Origin: Chloroflexota bacterium | GTDB lineage: Bacteria; Chloroflexota; Anaerolineae; Promineifilales; Promineifilaceae | Length of the DNA stretch: 47,560 nt | Direction of reading: 5' to 3' | Assembly: GCA_020631655.1 (NCBI GenBank) | Contig: JAHDGV010000004.1 | Coordinates: forward strand, 1-47,560 | Program-made: the position numbers and the translations under genes | The notes under the pieces: model-generated | What the model was told of the DNA's origin: nothing | What the model saw: the letters and a program-made list of their open reading frames with translations, nothing else | Databases searched by the model: none | Part shown: one piece after another, positions 35,904 to 45,040 of the stretch | Layout of the letters: every line of letters starts with the position of its first letter | Position numbering within the stretch: the first letter of the stretch is position 1

Positions 35904-36401
35904 TTAACTGTGATCAGCAGCTTCATTATGCGCATGACCATGATCAATTTCACCTGCCGTTGCCGACCGGATATTTACGATTTCAACCTTAAAGTGAAGG
36001 GTTTCACCCGCTAAAGGGTGATTGACGTCCAAAACAACTTCATCATCTGAAATTTCATGGACGAAGGCTTCCATTTCTTCCTCGTTGTCGTCTTTTAAAT
36101 GCAAAAGCATGCCGACTTCAAGTTCAAAATTTTCTGGGAACAACGAGCGATCTATCGTGTGAAATCCCTCCTCATCATATTCCCCGTAAGCTTGATTTGG
36201 TGGAATAACAGCATCAACTGAATCACCAATCTGCTTACCTTCTAGCTCTTTCTCTAAACCCGGAATTATGTTTTGATGTCCGTGTAAGTAAATGAGAGGG
36301 TCATCGGACGCAGTCCGATCAATTTCCTCGCCTCCATTTAACGACAGAACATAATTTAGGCTCACCACTTTGTCTTTGGAAATTATTTGGTTTAAATCCA
36401 T
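35904..36401 (-). CDS. slyD: FKBP-type peptidyl-prolyl isomerase, SlyD-like, with a His-rich tail
   Basis: 165 aa with LIYLHGHQNIIPGLEKELEGKQIGD and NHPLAGETLHFKVEIV. The C-terminus is IDHGHAHNEAADHS. Confidence 0.85.
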   Translation of the reverse strand: MDLNQIISKDKVVSLNYVLSLNGGEEIDRTASDDPLIYLHGHQNIIPGLEKELEGKQIGDSVDAVIPPNQAYGEYDEEGFHTIDRSLFPENFELEVGMLLHLKDDNEEEMEAFVHEISDDEVVLDVNHPLAGETLHFKVEIVNIRSATAGEIDHGHAHNEAADHS

Positions 36402-36755
36402 ATACGTGAAACGGCCTGGTTCTAAAACCGGATTCCATCCTCACACGATCTATTGTCTTGTTTTCTGGTGGAATTTGCTCTTTGCAGTGCTCTTGGGTGA
36501 GCCAGGCTGATATTGAGAAAGAAGTGTCTAAATAATTATCTTAAGGATAAGTAGTATTCGTCCAAGAAAAAATGATTAAACACTGCTGTGATCTTCATCT
36601 TCTAGCGGAGGCATTACCCATTACCTGAGTAGCATACTTTATTCAGATGCGCAGGTCAATGGGGTTCGATGATTTTGGTTGATATCAATTTGTATCTTAC
36701 GAAAGAACAATAGAGCTCACAGCAAATAGAACTAATTGGTTCTGCATTTCCTGTT

Positions 36756-38849
36756 TTAACCATCCACTTTTTGAGGACAGTCTTCCAAAGCTTGCTTTAA
36801 CTCGTCAATGCGTACAGGCTTGCTGATGTAACCATCCATCCCCGCCTCCAAATATGCTTCTTTATCTCCTACTAGCGCATTGGCCGTCATTGCTACGATC
36901 CAAGGCTGTTTATCTTTAGGCCAATCCTCTCTGATCTTTTTTGTGGCGGTCACGCCATCCATCTCTGGCATCTGAACATCCATCAAGACCAAATCATAAG
37001 TAGAATGGCGCAGCGCTTCGAGTGCTTCGATCCCGTTCCCGGCCGTGTTTGCTTTGTGGCCCAACCTCTTCAGCATATTTAACCCCACTTTTTGATTGAT
37101 CAAATTGTCATCAACCAGCAAAATTCGTAGATTCCGCTCAATATCTTGTGGCAGTTTAAACGAGAGCAAGCCCGTCTGTTTCAGAACCGGCGCGGCGTCG
37201 CTGAGATTCAACAACATAGCATTTAATTTTGAATAAAGTAGTGATGGCTTGATCGGCCGGCGAATCAGCGTCTCCCCTGTAATTTTTGTCCGGTCAGGTC
37301 GACGAAAACCGTAAGGAACAAGGCGAACAATATTTGAGATGCTTTTCTCTTGAATCAGTCTCACAGCATCAGACTCAAGCAAATCATGATCGATAATAAT
37401 TGCATCAAAATCAGCGACCGTAGACGGATCTAGAACTGGCAATGGAAAAGCCTGCACACCCCAGAAATCTAAATATTGGCAGATAATATTTTGCTCTTCG
37501 AGAAATGGATCTAAAACAGCAACTTTCAGCTCTTTTGTTGTTCCAATTCTAATCTTATGTGGCCCTGTTTTTCGATCTGCCAAAATCGTAAAGTGGAAAG
37601 TTGTTCCTTCTCCCTCGATACTTTCTACCCAAATCTCGCCACCCATCAGTTCAACCAGCTGTTTGCTAATAGCCAGCCCTAAACCGGTGCCACCATACTT
37701 GCGGGTTGTTGACGCATCAACCTGACTAAACGATTGAAACAAGCGGTTTAGCCGGTCGGCCGGAATACCGATTCCCGTATCCTGAATTGATACTTGGATA
37801 AACGAATCATCTCCCTTAGAGAGGTTTTTGGCAGAGATCTTGATGTAGCCTTCATGGGTAAATTTAACCGCATTCCCCACAATATTTACCAACACCTGTC
37901 GGATACGAGTGATATCGCCGAAAATCTTGTTTGGTACATCTGGATTAGAAATTGAAAGAAGGGCTAATCCCTTAGCCGCCGCTTTTGCACCCAGTAGATC
38001 AATCGCATCTTCCATCACGGTGCGGATTGAGTAAGGCTCATCCTCAAGCTCAAGTTGACCCGCTTCAATTTTTGAGAAATCTAGAATGTCGTTCAGGATG
38101 GTTAGGAGCGAGTCTCCGCTATTTCGGATCGTTTCGATAAAATCCTGCTGTTCTGGATCCAAAGGGGTGTCAATCATCAATCCCGCAAGGCCGATGATTG
38201 CGTTTAGAGGCGTTCGAATCTCATGACTCATGTTAGCCAAGAATTCAGATTTTGCTTGATTGGCTGCCTCGGCCGCCTCTTTGGCTTCTACCATCTCTTG
38301 TTCAGCTATTTTACGGCCGGTGATGTCTCGGATAATGGCGATATTCCGCACGTTGTCATCAATATCGCTTCGGCTAACGGTCAAATCGGCCGGAAATGGC
38401 ACCCCGCCTTGCCGAAGCCCCGTTATCTCACGCTGACCCAGCTGATACACAGCGTCGTTAGAGTTGGCTTCAAACAAGTCTGCAAAAGACATTCCTAACG
38501 CTTTGGATGCTTCAATTTTAAAAATTTCTTCGGCCGCAGAATTATAGGATTGGATGACGCCATCTTTACCAAACATCACAATGCCATCCAGAACATTGTT
38601 CAAAATCGATTCGAGCTTAGCATTTACAGCCGCAATTTGTTGCTGGGTTTTGTTCTGCAGGTCCTCGTACAGCTTGGTCATCTCATCTGAAGAGACAGCC
38701 AACGAGCGTTCGGTTAAATACCGATCTTGGTCCGTCTGCTCATACGCACGGCCGACACTCTCTAAGAGCCGTTTCCATTGAGCCTCGTTGGGAAGCTCCC
38801 CTTCTTTTAGACGTATTCGTTTGAGCTGGCGTGCGAGAAGTTTGTGCAT
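36756..38849 (-). CDS. Hybrid sensor histidine kinase (PAS, HisKA, HATPase_c, degenerate receiver-like region, C-terminal receiver)
   Basis: 697 aa. The PAS domain is around [24 protein letters not shown]. The H-box is [15 protein letters not shown] and the ATPase block is [19 protein letters not shown]. The C-terminal REC is [11 protein letters not shown]...[14 protein letters not shown]. The middle segment VAVLDPF...AIIIDHDL looks like a receiver lacking the acidic pocket. Confidence 0.85.
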   Translation of the reverse strand: MHKLLARQLKRIRLKEGELPNEAQWKRLLESVGRAYEQTDQDRYLTERSLAVSSDEMTKLYEDLQNKTQQQIAAVNAKLESILNNVLDGIVMFGKDGVIQSYNSAAEEIFKIEASKALGMSFADLFEANSNDAVYQLGQREITGLRQGGVPFPADLTVSRSDIDDNVRNIAIIRDITGRKIAEQEMVEAKEAAEAANQAKSEFLANMSHEIRTPLNAIIGLAGLMIDTPLDPEQQDFIETIRNSGDSLLTILNDILDFSKIEAGQLELEDEPYSIRTVMEDAIDLLGAKAAAKGLALLSISNPDVPNKIFGDITRIRQVLVNIVGNAVKFTHEGYIKISAKNLSKGDDSFIQVSIQDTGIGIPADRLNRLFQSFSQVDASTTRKYGGTGLGLAISKQLVELMGGEIWVESIEGEGTTFHFTILADRKTGPHKIRIGTTKELKVAVLDPFLEEQNIICQYLDFWGVQAFPLPVLDPSTVADFDAIIIDHDLLESDAVRLIQEKSISNIVRLVPYGFRRPDRTKITGETLIRRPIKPSLLYSKLNAMLLNLSDAAPVLKQTGLLSFKLPQDIERNLRILLVDDNLINQKVGLNMLKRLGHKANTAGNGIEALEALRHSTYDLVLMDVQMPEMDGVTATKKIREDWPKDKQPWIVAMTANALVGDKEAYLEAGMDGYISKPVRIDELKQALEDCPQKVDG

Positions 38850-38943
38850 TTGGACCGGTGATGAAGCGTTGCGCGACTAAAAATAAAAGTGACAAGCGGC
38901 AGTCAAAAACTACCGCTTGCCATCAAATCACAAAAACAAAATC

Positions 38944-40083
38944 TTATTTTTCCGTAATTGTTGTCAAGGTCATGGTTTGATTGTGCAGGTCGCAAGAACC
39001 AGACGCATAGGGAGAGATTTCGCCGTATGAATAGAAGCCAATTTGCTCTGATCCTTCTGGCAGGGCGTCCATTGTTGCTTCCAATTCTTCATCGGTTCGT
39101 TCACCCAAAACCAATCGTCGGCCAACACAGCTAATCGCGATCGAAAGAACTGGTGAATCGCTGTTAGCCGATTCAACCGTTTTCACGGCCGCATCGGCCG
39201 CTCCCTCGATTAATCGGTCAAAGTTAGCCTTCATCAGCTGAACCCGATGCCCTTCTGGCACATCCCCTGCAAACGTCATCGATTGATCTTCTTCATTTAC
39301 AGACAAAATAGTCCGAACAACGCTTTTCTCTGCACCGGTCTCTTCGCGAAGTGCAAGAGGGAATAAAAGCGCAGTTCCCGGTAACCCTTCTGCACGTTCA
39401 CCCAAATAGGTTTTATAAAGCTCCAAAGCTGGCTGTCCATCTAATTCGTACAGCACATTGTTTTTCGATTTTGTTACCTGACGCTCAGGGCCAAAAATGT
39501 CCCAGCCCCCTTTCGAACCATGTCCAATCGCAATTGAATCCCCATAAAAAGCAACCGCGTGGATGATGTTTTGCTGGATCCCCTCGCTATTTAAAACCCA
39601 CGTACTTTCAAACGCAGTACCGTCCCCAGCAAGGCCACCCGTGATGATCACATCGTTTGGCACAATGTCGTTTAGCCCCCGTACCAATTCAGATCCGTTC
39701 ACACTGGTCCCATCTGACAACACAAAAATTCCGGCCAAGTCATCACGCATCAGCTCTTTAGCGATCGATTGACCGGCCGCAAATGAATCTTCGCCTGATT
39801 GAGAAACGGCCGAAGCGGTTGCAATCTCTGTTTTTTCAAACTCCATCATCGCAATGCTAAGGCTGTCATCATAGATAAATGTTTCAAAAATTTCCCCCGA
39901 TGTAGAACACCCTGTAATTGTTGCCCCTTTACAGCTTGCCATCAGCTGTTGTAGCGGTTCAGAATCTGGCTTTATACCTGACCCTCCAAACACAACTACC
40001 AGCGTATTTTTATCATTTGCCTTAGGCAACTCGTCTGTTGTCCAGCCAAATTCTGGATCGTACATAAATGTCTTTAATTTCAT
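38944..40083 (-). CDS. FIST-domain sensory protein (FIST_N + FIST_C)
   Basis: 379 aa. Blocks such as GIFVLSDGTSVNGSELVRGL, ITGGLAGDG, GFYSYGEI and the overall length fit FIST proteins. A GAGGA SD sequence lies upstream. Confidence 0.7.
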   Translation of the reverse strand: MKLKTFMYDPEFGWTTDELPKANDKNTLVVVFGGSGIKPDSEPLQQLMASCKGATITGCSTSGEIFETFIYDDSLSIAMMEFEKTEIATASAVSQSGEDSFAAGQSIAKELMRDDLAGIFVLSDGTSVNGSELVRGLNDIVPNDVIITGGLAGDGTAFESTWVLNSEGIQQNIIHAVAFYGDSIAIGHGSKGGWDIFGPERQVTKSKNNVLYELDGQPALELYKTYLGERAEGLPGTALLFPLALREETGAEKSVVRTILSVNEEDQSMTFAGDVPEGHRVQLMKANFDRLIEGAADAAVKTVESANSDSPVLSIAISCVGRRLVLGERTDEELEATMDALPEGSEQIGFYSYGEISPYASGSCDLHNQTMTLTTITEK

Positions 40084-40333
40084 TGTTTGTCCTCAAATTA
40101 ATGTTTATTTTGCAGGTCCTAAACCAGATGCCGAAAAACAAACTGCACATACGCTGATCGCATAGGATTTCGGTTGAATAATATTTGAGGTTTATCGTAC
40201 CGATTAATGGGGCAAATGTAGATAGGGTAGAAGTCACAACGAGACTAAAGTCTCAGGGAGCTAAAATTTAGGTTTGGTGCCAAGCTCAGCACATATAAAT
40301 TGATGCAATCAAAAGCTCGACAAATTTCGAGCC

Positions 40334-40385
40334 TTGTCCGATAATATCGCACGACTTGGCTGATGTGTTGCACAAACACAACAAT
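40334..40385. promoter_or_regulatory. Composite operator-like module A (TTGTCCGA-box plus TGTGTT/AACACA palindrome)
   Basis: TTGTCCGATAATAT (40334-40347), then TGTGTTGCACAAACACAACAAT (40364-40385), which contains a 6-bp inverted repeat. Confidence 0.45.
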
Positions 40386-40447
40386 TACGTCAACCAAATA
40401 ACGAATTATGTAAAATTATTGACGGTTATATCGAACGTAGACAGTCT

Positions 40448-40509
40448 TTGTCCGAATATGAATCAAAATATTCAGTATTGTTGTGCTGTTGCAACAACAC
40501 AACAATACT
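40448..40509. promoter_or_regulatory. Composite operator-like module B (TTGTCCGA-box plus a 36-nt near-perfect palindrome)
   Basis: TTGTCCGAATAT (40448-40459), then AGTATTGTTGTGCTGTTGCAACAACACAACAATACT (40474-40509). The palindrome has 12-bp perfect outer arms and a GTTGCAAC core. It ends 33 nt before the iclR-like ATG. Confidence 0.5.
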
Positions 40510-40542
40510 TTTCAAACTAGTTGGTCTTACTAAGGCAAAATC

Positions 40543-41292
40543 ATGCTTGGAACCATAAAAAAAACAGGCGAAATTCTTCAGTTATTTGATCGAGACAGCC
40601 CAGAATGGGGAGTGAGCGAGGTTGCAGATCTACTCGGGTACGCAAAATCGAGCACACACGACCTAATGTCGAGCTTGGCTGAGATCGGTTTACTGCAACA
40701 AACGGACAAAGGGCGCTATCGATTGGGATGGAAGCTGGTCGATTTGGGGCAGGCGTTGGTTGCGACAACTGAGTTACGGGCGGTGGCCCGGCCGGTGCTA
40801 GAAGAGCTTGCGGCCGGATATCGTGAATCGACCCAGCTGGCCTTGATGGATGCCGGCATGGTGCTTTACCTAGATCGGATCAGCGGCACACAACCGATCC
40901 GGGTGGTGATGACCGACATGGGGCCGCGCGTACACCCCCACTGCACCGCGTTAGGCAAAATCCTGCTTTCAGCACAGCCTTGGTCACAGATCGAAGAGAT
41001 TGTCACCCGCAACGAGCTGATTCGGATGACAGAAAACAGCATCACCGATTTAGAACAACTGAAAATTGAAGTTGCCCGTGTACGAGAAGAAGGCTTTGCA
41101 TATGACCAAGAAGAAATGATGACTGACTTGTGCTGTGTGGCGGCCCCGGTCCGCGACTACACAAGCCGGGTTGTAGCCGCGATAAGCGTTTCTGTTCCTG
41201 CCTATCGTTTTCAACGCTCCCGCAACGAGTTACGGCGAGCAACCCTCGAAGCGGCCGGGCAAATTTCTCGTCGATTAGGCTACTACCGATAG
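40543..41292 (+). CDS. IclR-family transcriptional regulator
   Basis: 249 aa. The N-terminal wHTH is ILQLFDRDSPEWGVSEVADLLGYAKSSTHDLMSSL. The C-terminal part is an IclR effector domain (PHCTALGKILL, GFAYDQEE). Confidence 0.85.
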   Translation: MLGTIKKTGEILQLFDRDSPEWGVSEVADLLGYAKSSTHDLMSSLAEIGLLQQTDKGRYRLGWKLVDLGQALVATTELRAVARPVLEELAAGYRESTQLALMDAGMVLYLDRISGTQPIRVVMTDMGPRVHPHCTALGKILLSAQPWSQIEEIVTRNELIRMTENSITDLEQLKIEVARVREEGFAYDQEEMMTDLCCVAAPVRDYTSRVVAAISVSVPAYRFQRSRNELRRATLEAAGQISRRLGYYR

Positions 41293-41345
41293 CAACCTTT
41301 TAAACAAACTGGCATCCTTGACTGATGCATTTATAATCGCCAACT

Positions 41346-42035
41346 ATGCTAAAAAATATCAAAGAGCGCAGACTGTTCCCCACTCTTATTCTCATCACCA
41401 TCGCTTTTATTATTGTGCACCTCTTCCACACTTATTATGGGGTGCCAGCCAGCGATATGTTTGATCTGGAGATCGACAACAACTACCCGGAATTCTTTTT
41501 GTATCTACAAGAGCTGGCAATCGCGGTTTTACTCGTGCTTATGTACCGCCATTCAGGCTTTCTGATTTACTTGGCTTGGGGGCTAATTTTTACCTACATC
41601 CTGCTTGATGATTCACTGTTGCTCCATGAACGGATCGGGGTCTTTTTAGTTGATCAGTTTAATGTGCAAAATAACTTTGGTGTGCGCGGCCGGGACATTA
41701 CAGAAGTGATCGTTCAGCTATTTTTCGGCATCCCCCTACTAAGTTTTATGGCGTGGGCCCATTTTTATAGATCAGATGATTTTGGCCGCAAAGTCTCTAC
41801 GTGGCTCTTTGTCTTATTTGCCATCCTCGTTTCGTTTGCGATCGTGCTGGACTGGTTCCATGTCAAGATCATGATCATTGATCTAAAACCGGTTTTGGGG
41901 ACCATTGAAGACGGTGCAGAAATGTTCGTGCTAACCGGCATCCTTTGGTACGTGTTTAGGCAGTGGAAAAACCTAATCAACGGCGCGTTTGTCCCTACAT
42001 TTGACTCCGCCCCAATCCGCGGCGGCCGCAGTTAA
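41346..42035 (+). CDS. Integral membrane protein of unknown function (about 6 predicted TM segments)
   Basis: 229-aa ORF with repeated hydrophobic stretches. No motif recognised. Confidence 0.6.
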   Translation: MLKNIKERRLFPTLILITIAFIIVHLFHTYYGVPASDMFDLEIDNNYPEFFLYLQELAIAVLLVLMYRHSGFLIYLAWGLIFTYILLDDSLLLHERIGVFLVDQFNVQNNFGVRGRDITEVIVQLFFGIPLLSFMAWAHFYRSDDFGRKVSTWLFVLFAILVSFAIVLDWFHVKIMIIDLKPVLGTIEDGAEMFVLTGILWYVFRQWKNLINGAFVPTFDSAPIRGGRS

Positions 42036-42076
42036 CGGCCCAGCTGAACCTAGTTCTAGCTTAGCCTTGCTCAGCC

Positions 42077-42445
42077 CTATTCATCATTGGGTGTAGCCAC
42101 ACCGCTACCACGATTGATCGAGTCATCGGCGATGATAGACTGCCAGTCCGTCCCTTCTACCAAACGAACTTTATAAACCCCTTTGAAGTCGTCAGGATCG
42201 GCCGGTTTACCTTTGCGAATGATGTGAATGTAGCCCGCTTTAGCCTGACGCGCGGCCGTTTGTTTGATCCGTTTGAGTAAACTTTGCCAGTCAAAGTCTG
42301 CCAAAGCCTGCGCAATCGCGGCCGGGGTCACATTTTTTTCAGGACCCGCTTCCCCGCACATCTCTAAAATTTTATTATATAGGTCGTTATCAGAAATTCT
42401 TCTTGCCATAGTCGCTTCGCTTACGCGCAGAACTTCGTTCTGCAA
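42077..42445 (-). CDS. Small conserved protein, DUF3253-like
   Basis: 122 aa. VTPAAIAQAL....WQSLLKRIKQTAARQAKAGYIHIIRKGKPADPDDFKGVYKVRL resembles the DUF3253 pattern as I remember it. The start may instead be M13 (42409). Confidence 0.5.
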   Translation of the reverse strand: MQNEVLRVSEATMARRISDNDLYNKILEMCGEAGPEKNVTPAAIAQALADFDWQSLLKRIKQTAARQAKAGYIHIIRKGKPADPDDFKGVYKVRLVEGTDWQSIIADDSINRGSGVATPNDE

Positions 42446-42479
42446 TATTGAGTGATAGGTTGGTTGATCAAAATTGAGC

Positions 42480-43400
42480 TCATTCTTTCTCTGCTCTGTC
42501 TCTTAATTCCAACAGTTTATCAGGGTAGTCGGTGATCATACCATCAACCCCCATCTCCAGCAGAATTTCCATATCATTTTGATCATTTATCGTCCACGGA
42601 TGGACCAAAACCCCGTGGGCCTGCAAGTTTTCAACGAATCGTGGCGTGGTTACCGCCAATCCTGAAAAAGACTGGGGCACCTGAAACGCCGCGGCCGGAG
42701 GCGTCCACAATCGGTGTAACCCCAGCAAATTCAGTACGTAGAACTCAATCACCTCATTTTGCACCACAGAGGTTGGGACATCGGGGCACTCTGCCCGAAA
42801 CTCCTCGATCACGTCTTGATGAAACGAGGCCACAAGTACACGCTCAGGGCCGGTTCGGCCATATTTTTGTAGCAACTCGCAAAACGGGACAACAATACTT
42901 GGCTCCTGCTGTTTGATCTCGATGTTCATCGGCATATCGGGATGAGACTCAAACACCGCCTCCAAAGAAGCAATCCGGATCCCTTGTCCCCGATACGGCC
43001 GATCCGATCGGTGGCTCTCTTCTGCAAGCGTGGGCCAGTTGTAGCCTGCATCTAGCTGTTGAAGCTCAGCAAAAGTCATATCGTTGACCCGGCCGGTGCC
43101 GTCCGTTGTCCGGTCAACCGTGGCATCATGGATGGTTACCAGCACCCCGTCACTTGTGCTGTGAATATCCATCTCCAGCACATCAACGCCCAGTTCAACC
43201 GCATGGTCAAAGGCGCTCATCGTATTCGACGGCCGTAGCCCGTCTCCCCCCTGATGCGCAATCACCACAAACTCTTTAGATTGAAACTGCGGTTCAGACT
43301 GTTGCGCGCTGGGGAACACCCATGACAGCAAAAACAGCACCAAATAAACAATCAACAAAAGCCCCACTACCCACATAAAAAATCGGCCGATTAGTCTCAT
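42480..43400 (-). CDS. Membrane-anchored glycerophosphodiester phosphodiesterase (GDPD family)
   Basis: VIAHQGGDG...NTMSAFDHAVELGVDVLEMDIHSTSDGVLVTIHDATVDRTT plus the C-terminal VHPWTIND and DGMITDYP. The start is set at M11, because the longest ORF (43430) would leave only 8 nt to the divergent gene. The start remains uncertain. Confidence 0.8.
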   Translation of the reverse strand: MRLIGRFFMWVVGLLLIVYLVLFLLSWVFPSAQQSEPQFQSKEFVVIAHQGGDGLRPSNTMSAFDHAVELGVDVLEMDIHSTSDGVLVTIHDATVDRTTDGTGRVNDMTFAELQQLDAGYNWPTLAEESHRSDRPYRGQGIRIASLEAVFESHPDMPMNIEIKQQEPSIVVPFCELLQKYGRTGPERVLVASFHQDVIEEFRAECPDVPTSVVQNEVIEFYVLNLLGLHRLWTPPAAAFQVPQSFSGLAVTTPRFVENLQAHGVLVHPWTINDQNDMEILLEMGVDGMITDYPDKLLELRDRAEKE

Positions 43401-43438
43401 GCTGTAATTATATTGGAAGCGACTTTGCATGTCGCCAA

Positions 43439-44245
43439 ATGATAGCTAAACTCTCCCACGCTATGACCAAGGAAATCACTATTAGCGGACTATCGGCCGA
43501 AAAACAGGCCGGTTGGATTCCGCTCTCAGAAACAAATTGTTTGATTCTGGTGGGAGTGACCGGGGTGGGAAAATCAACAACTGTCGATGCGCTAGCTAAA
43601 GCCGGGTTATCTTTTTCTCTTTTACCCAATCGCCGCACCTTAACGGACCACTTTATGATCCGATTTTTGCAAGAACAGGCGGGGGAACCGGTTGTGCCGG
43701 TTCGTGACCGGGCCGACCGCTTCGACTACACGCGCCGCTATCGGGAGCAGTTTGCTGGGGGGATGGGGCACACCATCGCGACCCTATCAATTGATCCGCA
43801 AGAAATCACAACCGAATGGCTGATCTTTGACGGCCTGCGTGGCCAGAACGAAGTCCAACAGGCGGCCGAAGCATTGCCCAAGGCCAAATTTTTAATCCTA
43901 GAAGCGCCAGATACCGTTCGGGTTCAGCGTCTCCTAGGACGCAACGACTCATTCGATCAAATCAGCCAATCTGCTACCGGCGGTACAGATTTAGCCCAAT
44001 TCAGTCGCTTATTTGGTGAGGATGGGGTGAGCCAGCTCGAAGCGCTCGTTGATAGTGGTCAAGTTGAGCTAGACACCCTCATGAGCAAAATCACCATCGT
44101 TCAAAAAGAGCGGGAAAATTATGACCCATTCATGGCGAAAATGGCGCTAAGGCATGATGCACCAGAGCGGACGATCACGGTTGATACCTCGAAGCTCTCG
44201 GCCAAAGAAGCGGCTACTTTAACCTTGGAGAAACTTAATCGATGA
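43439..44245 (+). CDS. P-loop NTPase / small-molecule-kinase-like protein, family not recognised
   Basis: 268 aa. The Walker A motif is LVGVTGVGKST. The start may be M9 (43463). The stop overlaps the next gene's start. Confidence 0.6.
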   Translation: MIAKLSHAMTKEITISGLSAEKQAGWIPLSETNCLILVGVTGVGKSTTVDALAKAGLSFSLLPNRRTLTDHFMIRFLQEQAGEPVVPVRDRADRFDYTRRYREQFAGGMGHTIATLSIDPQEITTEWLIFDGLRGQNEVQQAAEALPKAKFLILEAPDTVRVQRLLGRNDSFDQISQSATGGTDLAQFSRLFGEDGVSQLEALVDSGQVELDTLMSKITIVQKERENYDPFMAKMALRHDAPERTITVDTSKLSAKEAATLTLEKLNR

Positions 44246-44703
44246 CAGTTACGATTCGCACGGCAACCCCGGCCGACGTTCCGGCCATGCTCCCCCATTT
44301 CCCACGTTTGTCAGATTTTGAACTACCCGCCAAGCGACAACCACACTATTTTTGGCAAACGGATGAAAAGGCGCTGAAAAAATGGGCGCGTGGGGAAGAC
44401 GAGTTGCTTGTGCAATTGGCTGAAGGTGACGGCCAAGTGTTGCTTGGCTTTACGATGACGCGCATGGGGGAAGAATTTTTGAGTTATGAGCCGAGCGCCC
44501 ACTTAGAGGTTTTGATTGTCACGCCTGAAGCTGAAGGGAAAGGGGTGGCTCGTAAGTTAATTGAAGCGGCCGAGGAAAACGCGCAGGCTCACGGGGCAAA
44601 AAGCATGTCGCTACACGTTATCGCGACAAATGTGCGGGCACGAGGGCTGTACCAGCATTTAGGCTACTACGAAGAAATAATTCGGAATATCAAGCACTTT
44701 TAG
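44242..44703 (+). CDS. GNAT-family N-acetyltransferase
   Basis: 153 aa. Motif A is LIVTPEAEGKGVARKLIEAAE and the C-terminus has GLYQHLGY. ATGA start/stop overlap with the P-loop gene. Confidence 0.8.
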   Translation: MTVTIRTATPADVPAMLPHFPRLSDFELPAKRQPHYFWQTDEKALKKWARGEDELLVQLAEGDGQVLLGFTMTRMGEEFLSYEPSAHLEVLIVTPEAEGKGVARKLIEAAEENAQAHGAKSMSLHVIATNVRARGLYQHLGYYEEIIRNIKHF

Positions 44704-44932
44704 ATGATCGTTGACCAGATCATCTAAGAAGGGTTTAGCCAGCAAGTACAACGTAAAGGCCCATCCACAGAGCCATTGCACCAGCCATTACACTAACATT
44801 GATTAAAGAGCATTTGTATTTTGGAGTCATAATGCTCATATTGTCGACTTTTGAACCCACTCCCACAATGGCGACGTTTAAACTTTGATTTAACCGTGTT
44901 TTGATTTTTTTTTCGTGCCTTAAAATTTTGAA

Positions 44933-44952
44933 TTAACCAAGGTTAAATTAAT
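44933..44952. promoter_or_regulatory. TTAACCAAGGTTAAATTAAT box (palindromic core TTAACC-AA-GGTTAA)
   Basis: It lies ~90 nt downstream of the ZIP gene stop. It is near-identical to the box upstream of the ZIP gene, in the same orientation. Confidence 0.45.
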
Positions 44953-45040
44953 CACTTCACTAACAAAGACCAGTCAGGTTTTTAGTAACTATTGCTCTAA
45001 GCACCAGAGATAAACAGAAACCTGACTGGTCTCTTAACGA

